Part shown: positions 41,694 through 64,000 of the stretch, one piece after another | Layout: every line of letters begins with the position of its first letter | Numbering within the stretch: the stretch's first letter is position 1 | Origin: Tubiluchus corallicola | Lineage: Eukaryota; Animalia; Priapulida | Direction: 5' to 3' | Assembly (NCBI GenBank): GCA_030141605.1 | Contig: JAQGDQ010002379.1 | Location: forward strand, 1-64,000 | DNA: 64,000 bases | Notes under the pieces: generated by a model | Told to the model about the DNA's origin: nothing | Databases searched by the model: none | What the model saw: the letters and a program-made list of their open reading frames with translations, nothing else | Program-made: the position numbers and the translations under genes

Positions 41694-42658
41694 AGTAGTA
41701 TAGATGTTTTGCCTCTGGCCGATTTCCCCACCCCCCCCTTTGGCTGCCCGGGGGGGTGGGGAAAAACACCCCTAAAAAAGTGCGAAAATCCGCGAAAACC
41801 CCTAAAAAAGTGTGAAAACCCGTGTGAAAGTGCGCACGTGACCGAAATCGACGAAAAAGCGCGAAAAACAAAGAAAAACGAAGAAAAGGCGTGTGAAACG
41901 AGGTAAAAATTTTGCAGTTTTTTCCTCCCGCATGGCTTCATTTGGATCGAATGACCTTGAACTCTAGGTCACGTGACCAAAGTTCATTGACCCCTGGATG
42001 GCTTCTTTTTTTGACACCCCATTTTAAACCGCGCAAAACCGCGCGAAAGCATGTGAAAGTGTGTGAAAGTGTGTGAAAGCGCGTGAAAGTGTGTGAAAGT
42101 GCGCGAAAGCGTGTGAAAGTGTGTGAAACGAGGTAAAAAGCGCCTCAAACGAAGAAAAAAGGGAGAAGTGGAGTTCCCGCCGAGGACTAATTAGTGCTAA
42201 TTGGCGCTAATTGGCGAGCCCCTGCCACCCCTCCGCCGCGTGCAAACGTCCGTCCCGGGGGTCGGGGACACCCCCCCCCTACAACCCACCCCTCCGTCAC
42301 GTGGAATCGTCCATTGCAGGCAATGAGGGAAATCTTCCCCCCCCCCCACTCGCGCAGTGCCGGCCCTTTTCCGCGACCACTTCTCTCTCTCGGGTGCCCT
42401 CCCTTTTCCGCGACCACTTCTCTCGCGGGTTTAGATGTGTGTGTGTGTGTGTGTGTGTGGAGATTTATTTCAAACGCCAAAGTTCGATAAATGCATTTTC
42501 ACAAATCTTTTTTATTGATGGATTACAAAAAATTTTTTTACATTTTTTATGCAAAATACATACGTGCTAAAACTAGATTATTATTATTATGGTGACATGA
42601 TAGTTCTACATTTTACGTTTTTTCGCAAATTACACAAATTACGCAAATTACAGTAAAA

Positions 42659-43249
42659 CTACACTAATGACGACGAGTGAGTACATGGATTGTCGTCGTC
42701 GTCGTCGATGTGATACAGACAAACGTTATTGTTGTTAAAAACGAATTCGTTAAATTTGTGGAAAACGCGAGAGAAATCCTCGACCTTTGTCCCGCCCATC
42801 ATTATTATGCTTCCGGTGTGAAAAATGTTCAGAGTAATTTGCTCGCATTTGCAAGTTAGTTTGGGAAATAGTTCCACTTCGTAAAACACTTCTCTAAATG
42901 AATGCGTCGAAGGACGAACGAGTTCTTCGTACAGTGCACCCAGTTTCAATCTGCAGCGAATTTTGGCTCTGGCGGTGATGGTGCGAATTGCGATCCCGTC
43001 GGCGGGCGTCAGTCCGAGACCTTTCGAGAGTTCTTCGATCGCATTGCGTAGTACTTTTTCCTCCGAAAAACCGTTGGCCACCACGGAGCCGGAGGCAAAA
43101 ATCATCAGCGTCCCGCCCAGTCGCTTTAGCAGAACCATTTGCGGTTTTCTTTCGTAGCGTCTTCCGCCCGTTCTCCGCCGGAGTTTGTTCAGATCGAAGC
43201 GCTGCGAGAACGAAGCCGTGGCGACGATGTTGACCGTTTGGACTGACAC
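42659..43249 (-). CDS. divergent TATA-binding protein (TBP)-like ORF, left-arm copy (no ATG; GTG at 43249 or spliced start)
   Basis: Two TBP repeats: VNIVATASFSQRFDL...LMIFASGSVVANG and ...LKLGALY...FYEVELFPKL...LNIFHTGSIIMMGGTKVEDF..F. Confidence 0.85.
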   Translation of the reverse strand: MSVQTVNIVATASFSQRFDLNKLRRRTGGRRYERKPQMVLLKRLGGTLMIFASGSVVANGFSEEKVLRNAIEELSKGLGLTPADGIAIRTITARAKIRCRLKLGALYEELVRPSTHSFREVFYEVELFPKLTCKCEQITLNIFHTGSIIMMGGTKVEDFSRVFHKFNEFVFNNNNVCLYHIDDDDDNPCTHSSSLV

Positions 43250-43701
43250 GTTAGAACGTAGTTGGCAATTGTTTCGGACGCCCGAACCGCTCTGCCTTGT
43301 CCGTTGCTCTGCCAACGTATGGCGGGCGGCGGGTGCTCGCTTTCCAGATCCTCTACGCGTATGACCACGCGATTTTTGGGGAGATGTTTTTTGACGAAAT
43401 CGTACATCTCTGCTCCCTTGACGTAGGTGATCCCGCCTCTGGTGGTCTGTCGTAGAATGTTTTCCAATTCTGCGTACTCGATCATTCCCTCCTCCCACGA
43501 GATGCCGTGTATGTGTCTGATTAGGTAGTTGTAGGTGGATCGCTTGTGCTGGGGAACACGATTCCAGGGGTGGGGCGGTTTGAAGGTGTAGTTGTGATAT
43601 ATGCCGGTCTCTATTTCGCGAATTACCAAATTTTTGACCAGGTATTCTTCTTTTCCGCACTGGAAGGCATCTACGGTGAGAACTATGCTCGATTCAGACA
43701 T
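43189..43701 (-). CDS. DEDD-type 3'-5' exonuclease-like protein of the Polinton/adintovirus accessory type, left-arm copy (170 aa)
   Basis: Motifs VDAFQ...LVKNL...FKPPHPW...YLIRHIHGISWEEG...Y..L..IL...YVKG, matching my recollection of this family. Not verified by search. Confidence 0.65.
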   Translation of the reverse strand: MSESSIVLTVDAFQCGKEEYLVKNLVIREIETGIYHNYTFKPPHPWNRVPQHKRSTYNYLIRHIHGISWEEGMIEYAELENILRQTTRGGITYVKGAEMYDFVKKHLPKNRVVIRVEDLESEHPPPAIRWQSNGQGRAVRASETIANYVLTCQSKRSTSSPRLRSRSASI

Positions 43702-43924
43702 CTGTGACGATGGGGGGTCCTTCTACGCCGTCGGCAACGAGTTTTCCTTCGATGACGATTTGCTTGTGATTGTTCACAAATTCCAGAGACTTGATTTTTT
43801 CGAAGGTGTATTTTTTTATGACCTTGTTGGGGGCACTCTTGCGTGCGTTGGCGCGCTTGCCGCCCCGCGTCCCCGCTTGTTGTTGTTGCTTGCGAGGAAC
43901 GGTGGTTAGAGGTTGTTTGAAATC
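43694..43924 (-). CDS. small basic ORF/exon downstream of a strong splice acceptor (function unknown)
   Basis: Acceptor ttcttcttctcttgcag|G at 43924. The frame DFKQPLTTVPRK...KKYTFEKIKSLEFVNNHKQIVIEGKLV...TDV* overlaps the exonuclease ATG (ATGTCTGA). An alternative Arg-rich frame is also open. Confidence 0.4.
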   Translation of the reverse strand, partial: DFKQPLTTVPRKQQQQAGTRGGKRANARKSAPNKVIKKYTFEKIKSLEFVNNHKQIVIEGKLVADGVEGPPIVTDV

Positions 43925-43975
43925 CTGCAAGAGAAGAAGAACAATAGTTATAGTATTGTTGTTCGCTAACGACAA

Positions 43976-44233
43976 CTAGGCATTTTTGATGAGCCATTCT
44001 TTCAGATTTCTAGGTTTTTTGGGGGCAGTGGGGGTGAGCACCATCGGCGGCGATGGAGGGGGCGTCGCGGAAATTACGAGTTTGTCTTCTTCTTTATCAT
44101 CATCTTTCTCCTCTTCCTCCTCCTCCTCTCGAAAGATGTCCATTCGTGTCCCTCTCTCGCGTCTGCTTTTACACGGAGGGGCGGAGGTGCCGACGTCCGT
44201 GTCTGGCAGACTTCTTTCCGTCCAGTTTGTCCA
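43976..44233 (-). CDS. 5'-truncated acidic/Pro-rich ORF in the palindrome spacer
   Basis: ...RMDIFREEEEEEEKDDDKEEDKLVISATPPPSPPMVLTPTAPKKPRNLKEWLIKNA*, cut at the arm junction 44233/44234. Confidence 0.4.
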   Translation of the reverse strand, partial: WTNWTERSLPDTDVGTSAPPCKSRRERGTRMDIFREEEEEEEKDDDKEEDKLVISATPPPSPPMVLTPTAPKKPRNLKEWLIKNA

Positions 44234-44432
44234 GTTCCTCGCAAGCAACAACAACAAGCGGGGACGCGGGGCGGCAAGCGCGCCAACGCACGCAAGAGTG
44301 CCCCCAACAAGGTCATAAAAAAATACACCTTCGAAAAAATCAAGTCTCTGGAATTTGTGAACAATCACAAGCAAATCGTCATCGAAGGAAAACTCGTTGC
44401 CGACGGCGTAGAAGGACCCCCCATCGTCACAG

Positions 44433-44945
44433 ATGTCTGAATCGAGCATAGTTCTCACCGTAGATGCCTTCCAGTGCGGAAAAGAAGAATACCTGGTCAA
44501 AAATTTGGTAATTCGCGAAATAGAGACCGGCATATATCACAACTACACCTTCAAACCGCCCCACCCCTGGAATCGTGTTCCCCAGCACAAGCGATCCACC
44601 TACAACTACCTAATCAGACACATACACGGCATCTCGTGGGAGGAGGGAATGATCGAGTACGCAGAATTGGAAAACATTCTACGACAGACCACCAGAGGCA
44701 GGATCACCTACGTCAAGGGAGCAGAGATGTACGATTTCGTCAAAAAACATCTCCCCAAAAATCGCGTGGTCATACGCGTAGAGGATCTGGAAAGCGACCA
44801 CCCGCCGCCCGCCATACGTTGGCAGAGCAACGGACGAGGCAGAGCGGTTCGGGCGTCCGAAACGATTGCCAACTATGTTCTAACGTGTCAGTCCAAACGG
44901 TCAACATCGTCGCCACGGCTTCGTTCTCGCAGCGCTTCGATCTGA
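44433..44945 (+). CDS. DEDD-type exonuclease-like protein, right-arm copy (170 aa)
   Basis: Same ORF as 43189-43701 with 3 amino-acid differences (G/R, E/D, Q/R). Confidence 0.65.
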   Translation: MSESSIVLTVDAFQCGKEEYLVKNLVIREIETGIYHNYTFKPPHPWNRVPQHKRSTYNYLIRHIHGISWEEGMIEYAELENILRQTTRGRITYVKGAEMYDFVKKHLPKNRVVIRVEDLESDHPPPAIRWQSNGRGRAVRASETIANYVLTCQSKRSTSSPRLRSRSASI

Positions 44946-45475
44946 ACGAACTCCGGCGGAGAACGGGCGGAAGACGCTACGAAAGAAAACCGCAAATGCT
45001 TCTGCTAAAGCGACTGGGCGGGACGCTGATGATTTTTGCCTCCGGCTCCGTGGTGGCCAACGGTTTTTCGGAGGAAAAAGTACTACGCAATGCGATCGAA
45101 GAACTCTCGAAAGGTCTCGGACTGACGCCCGCCGACGGGATCGCAATTCGCACCATCACCGCCAGAGCCAAAATTCGCTGCAGATTGAAACTGGGTGCAC
45201 TGTACGAAGAACTCGTTCGTCCTTCGACGCATTCTTTTAGAGAAGTGTTTTACGAAGTGGAACTATTTCCCAAACTAACTTGCAAATGCGAGCAAATTAC
45301 TCTGAACATTTTTCACACCGGAAGCATAATAATGATGGGCGGGACAAAGGTCGAGGATTTCTCTCACGTTTTCCGCAAATTTAACGAATTCGTTTTTAAC
45401 AACAATAACGTTTGTCTGTATCACATCGACGACGACGACGACAATCCATGTACTCGCTCGTCGTCATTAGTGTAG
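44885..45475 (+). CDS. divergent TBP-like ORF, right-arm copy (no ATG; GTG at 44885)
   Basis: Same bipartite TBP fold as the left copy, with 5 amino-acid differences in the core. AATAAA signals follow at ~45624 and ~45671. Confidence 0.85.
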   Translation: MSVQTVNIVATASFSQRFDLNELRRRTGGRRYERKPQMLLLKRLGGTLMIFASGSVVANGFSEEKVLRNAIEELSKGLGLTPADGIAIRTITARAKIRCRLKLGALYEELVRPSTHSFREVFYEVELFPKLTCKCEQITLNIFHTGSIIMMGGTKVEDFSHVFRKFNEFVFNNNNVCLYHIDDDDDNPCTRSSSLV

Positions 45476-46891
45476 TTTTACTGTAATTTGCATAATTTGT
45501 GTAATTTGCGAAAAAAACGTAAAATGTAGAACTATCACGTCACCATAATAATAATAATAATCTAGTTTTAGCACGTATGTATTTTGCATAAAAAAATGTA
45601 AAAAAAATTTTTTGTAATCCATCAATAAAAAAGATTTGTGAAAATGCATTTATCGAACTTTGGCGTTTGAAATAAATCTCCACACACACACACACACACA
45701 CACATCTAAACCCGCGAGAGAAGTGGTCGCGGAAAAGGGAGGGCACCCGAGAGAGAGAAGTGGTCGCGGAAAAGGGCCGGCACTGCGCGAGTGGGGGGGG
45801 GGAAGATTTCCCTCATTGCCTGCAATGGACGATTCCACGTGACGGAGGGGTGGGTTGCAGGGGGGGTGTCCCCGACCCCCGGGACGGACGTTTGCACGCG
45901 GCGGAGGGGTGGCAGGGGCTCGCCAATTAGCGCCAATTAGCACTAATTAGTCCTCGGCGGGAACTCCACTTCTCCCTTTTTCTTCGTTTGAGGCGCTTTT
46001 TACCTCGTTTCACACACTTTCACACGCTTTCGCGCACTTTCACACACTTTCACGCGCTTTCACACACTTTCACATGCTTTCGCGCGGTTTTGCGCGGTTT
46101 AAAATGGGGTGTCAAAAAAAGAAGCCATCCAGGGGTCAATGAACTTTGGTCACGTGACCTAGAGTTCAAGGTCATTCGATCCAAATGAAGCCATGCGGGA
46201 GGGAAAAACTGCAAAATTTTTACCTCGTTTCACACGCCTTTTCTTCGTTTTTCTTTGTTTTTCGCGCTTTTTCGTCGATTTCGGTCACGTGCGCACTTTC
46301 ACACGGGTTTTCACACTTTTTTAGGGGTTTTCGCGGATTTTCGCACTTTTTTAGGGGTGTTTTTCCCCACCCCCCCGGGCAGCCAAAGGGGGGGTGGGGA
46401 AATCGGCCAGAGGCAAAACATCTATACTACTGAGGCCGAAATACCTGGGAAAGTTAAAGTTGTCCAAAAGTCCTGTAAGACCTTCACGACCTGGTAGAAC
46501 CAGTACTTGACAATAATTATTGAAATTATCTCTTTTACTGCATTTGTCACAGACTGGCAATGTTTAAAGCATGTGACGCAAATTGTGGCCTTCAACTATA
46601 GGTGACAGTAGGAAATTGTAATAAAACCCATCGACCTGTTTTTGTGACTTGATTATAGCTTTTTAATATAAGGCTTAGTTCTAAAAATCCTAACGTTGAT
46701 TGGGATAATATGTACAAAACATCCAGGTTACAGAATTCTTGAGATTCGAACACCAAACTATCACTGTCCGTTTGTTTTGGATTTTTTTTTGTAAAAAATA
46801 AACCAAAACAGGTACACCAGGGGAAAGTAATTTTTGTTATTATAATGGTTATTCTCGCGGTGATTTCCAAATAGTTGTTTTCTTTTTATAG

Positions 46892-60994
<14,103 letters not shown>

Positions 60995-61787
60995 ACAGAT
61001 TAATTTTTGATGTAAACTGTCTGTGATGAGATATGTAAATAAATTTTATTGTTCAGTAAAACAGTAGCTTTTAATTGGCTTTTTTCCTTTTTAACTTATT
61101 GTTCAAACTAGCGATATTATAATCAATATTGCACATGCAAAAGCATTAAAAGAACCTTTCTAAGATGATTAGCACTATTGGCACTAATTGGGAACTCTTC
61201 GCTCTCCGTTTACTAAATGTAGTGTTCGGCTAACTTCGTTTATTTTTAGATACAAATTGTCTCAAACAAGGCCATTAGCTACTCAGGGAAAGAGTTACAA
61301 TAGGAGTGGAAATATGAGTACATTTCCAGAACAAAAGTATTCTTGTAAGTTGAAAGGGAAACAATTTTATAGCAGGAGGTTTCACTGATAACTTGTGCAT
61401 ACACAGTCCATTTGAAGAGTTCCACTATTACCTGGTATAGACTGGAAAGCGAAGTTGACAAAGCACGCAGAAAAATATTATCATTGGTAGAGCATTCCAA
61501 GCTAACGGATATTCTTGAAAACTTTAGATTTCCTTGGAAATCAAATCTCACAGTTTTCCGTCATCTGCAGAAGCTGTATTCCTCATATCTGTATAACCTC
61601 AAAGGCCTGTCTCCAAGAGGTGGATCTCGTGGGACTCATCGATACTTATAGCCCCTTTTTGCCCTTCATTCCAATGCAGAAATCGAAGTTTTAACAATGA
61701 GGAGATCATCCTTGTCAATGGCGGTTCCGATCTTTTAGAACTGGCGACCATTTCAAATACACTTGTGGGAAAATCACCAGTGTTATG

Positions 61788-61838
<51 letters not shown>

Positions 61839-63191
61839 ATGCGTGTGTCCAAAATCTTTCAACCAAGAGCTGTGTGTGTGCGTGCGTACGTGCGTGCGTG
61901 TGTATGTCCAAAATCTTTCAACCAAGAGCCGTTGAATTTAACAAAATTCACTAACTGGAATAGTCAATAGAGTGATATAATTCACAAGTACTGCTGAGAT
62001 GAACTAATAGATCATGCGACTACAATACTGCAAAACTATCCGCTTGTTACAGAATAATTTTTTCGAAAGCTCACAATGACTTGGTCAAACCTAACATTAA
62101 AATTTCGTCTTCTGTCTGGATCCTCAGGACTTTTTCTTCTGTCTTTTTGAATTGTCTTTCACAAAGCCAGTTCAGTCAAATTCTGTAGATGTTTCATGAA
62201 ATCGCGCGTTTGTGTTTGAAGCAACCCTTCCCTATTCAGAATATGCTGGCCGACAGTATGGCTTCAAACAGTTCCATAAGATCAGAGAGTTATTCAACGT
62301 GTTGGGTTTTGCAAGGTTACACGTGTATGATACAGATTTCTTGTGACGTATCAGCACGACGAATAGGCCACCAATACCAGGTAAGAATTAAACATTTTGT
62401 AAATTAATTTCTCCCAATTTTCATTTACAGAATTTTGTAGTTTGTAAATTTTTGGAAAATTTGTTGATCGTGTTCACACTTATAAAAAAAGTTTTCATGA
62501 AATTATATATTCATTGCATTATAGCTACTGTAGTCTCAGTGTATTTCAAGAAATTAAGATTACGTGTATTTTAGAAGTGAACTAAGTTTTACACCTAAAT
62601 GTTAGTGGATTCTCACCTAGCATTAACGATAACCTACCATTTCTCTAGTTAACGTGCATTGTAGAACAACTTTAAAAAACGTTTTTTATTTGCCATCTGA
62701 CAAAAACGTTTTTAGTGTGCATGTCACGTTTAATTTTAGGTTATTGAGGCAAACATCACTTAGACTAGTACAGCAGTTTTTATTCGTTAATTTATAAAAG
62801 AGGTATATTTAAACTTTAGTCAATTATATTCAAAACATTAACGCAGTTACGTACTTAAGGCCTAAACTAATTGTAAGAGAGAAATTTTTAGACGATGCCA
62901 CTGCATACATAAACCATAGGGAATACAGTAATATCAAATTTAATTATCGTCTTTTTATTCAGATTTTCAATTTAGAATAAACACTTGGCACTCACGACCA
63001 AGTGGTCACTAAGCTAACTGTGTTAAACCAATGACACACGGCCGCCAAAACACACAAACCCGCCGACGTCGGCCATGATAACTCTCCTTAACAGGGCTGT
63101 CTCTCCCATTAATGCAAACCAGGCAGTTGCGCAGGGCACCAAATTTTGGTTGGCGTCAAATTCTGGAAGTAATTATTTCATTTTGAAGTTT

Positions 63192-63830
63192 AGCTTAAGT
63201 AATAACATAGCGTATGTGTAATAACATAGCTTAAGTAATAACATTGTGTATGTGTAATAACATAGCTTAAGTAATAAAATTGTGTATGTGTAATACCATA
63301 GCTTAAGTAATAACATTGTGTATGTGTAACATAGATTAAGTAATAGCATTGTGTATGTGTAGTAATATAGCTTAAGTAATAACATTGTGTATGTGTAATA
63401 ACATAGCTTAAGTAATAACATTGTGTATGTGTAATAATATAGCTTAAGTAATAACATTGTGTATGTGTAATAACATAGCTTAAGTAATAACATTGTGTAT
63501 GTGTAATAATATAGCTTAAGTAATAACATAGCGTATGTGTAATAACATAGCTTAAGTAATAACATTGTGTATGTGTAATAATATAGCTTAAGTAATAACA
63601 TAGCGTATGTGTAATAACATAGCTTAAGTAATAACATTGTGTATGTGTAATAATATAGTTTAAGTAATAACATTGTGTATGTGTAATAATATAGCTTAAG
63701 TAATAACATTGTGTATGTGTAATAACATAGATTAAGTAATAACATTGTGTATGTGTAATAACATAGATTAAGTAATAACATTGTGTATGTGTAATAACAT
63801 AGCTTAAGTAACAACATAGCGTATGTGTAA
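63192..63830. repeat. 36-bp minisatellite, ~18 copies
   Basis: Unit cttaagtaataacattgtgtatgtgtaataacatag. Confidence 0.95.
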
Positions 63831-64000
63831 TTCTTTAAGTGCGCAACACTAATCAAACGAAACGAACCATAATCTTTCTGTCGAAATGGATAATTCATCG
63901 ATGCTAGGAAGTTAATTCCTACAGCAAAACACTTTCTAGTTTAGTTTTATTTGTATTTCTAAGATTACATCATTCCACTCAGACATTTCTTGCGCGTGAT

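Larger units (their letters stand above)
41694..46431. mobile_element. palindromic non-autonomous Polinton/Maverick-like element: arms 41694-43900 and 44234-46431, spacer 43901-44233
   Basis: The arms are near-perfect reverse complements. Termini 5'-AGTAGTATAGATG...CATCTATACTACT-3' (AGT-repeat ends typical of Polintons). Long GC-rich terminal regions with internal repeats. Compact overlapping virus-like ORFs and a sharp GC/CpG contrast with the host. No pPolB, integrase, ATPase or capsid ORF. No clean TSD. Confidence 0.78.

Noticed and set aside
41189-41941. 250-aa ORF crossing the palindrome's left end
   Set aside because: It is a chimera of TIR low-complexity sequence and the antisense of a LINE fragment. 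The mirrored copy stops after 82 aa.
44474-44884. N-terminal 137 aa of the 333-aa ORF-track call (also 43250-43660)
   Set aside because: It starts at GTG, has no domain-like character and overlaps the better-supported exonuclease frame. Only the TBP core is called.
42659-45475. Host TBP/TRF gene or bacterial/archaeal contamination
   Set aside because: Too divergent and intronless for a host TBP, duplicated within terminal repeats, with eukaryotic AATAAA signals, a spliceosomal acceptor and a (CA)n tract. It is contiguous with host introns and repeats.
46351-46560. Cys-containing ORF considered as a Polinton pPolB fragment
   Set aside because: No polymerase or exonuclease motifs, it lies mostly outside the terminus, and it is short.
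63173-63898. 241-aa ORF with 12-aa repeats
   Set aside because: By-product of a 36-bp minisatellite lacking stops in one frame.

Overview
AT-rich, intron-rich animal genomic DNA, probably a protostome invertebrate because it carries an ionotropic-receptor-type gene. Host genes: (1) the 5' part of MSH6 (PIP box + PWWP exons, minus strand), head-to-head with (2) a complete 12-exon PSTPIP1-like F-BAR/SH3 gene; (3) an unrecognised 4-exon minus-strand gene at about 31.3-33.5 kb; (4) an intronless divergent ionotropic receptor; (5) a PLEKHG7-like DH-PH RhoGEF with 12 exons found and the 5' end not located. Mobile DNA: a decayed Ty3/Gypsy element with three LTRs and a built-in TRIM-like unit, several hAT, piggyBac-like and TA-TSD MITEs, LINE fragments, a SINE, a Penelope-like remnant, and mini- and microsatellites. 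The standout is a GC/CpG-rich 4.74 kb palindrome (41694-46431). It has two ~2.2 kb inverted arms around a 333 bp spacer and AGTAGT...ACTACT termini typical of Polinton/Maverick elements. Each arm carries an intact divergent TATA-binding-protein (TBP)-like frame overlapping a DEDD-type exonuclease-like ORF. There is no polymerase, integrase or capsid gene. It looks like a snap-back, non-autonomous mini-Polinton carrying its own basal transcription factor. All calls were made by eye, with no database searches.
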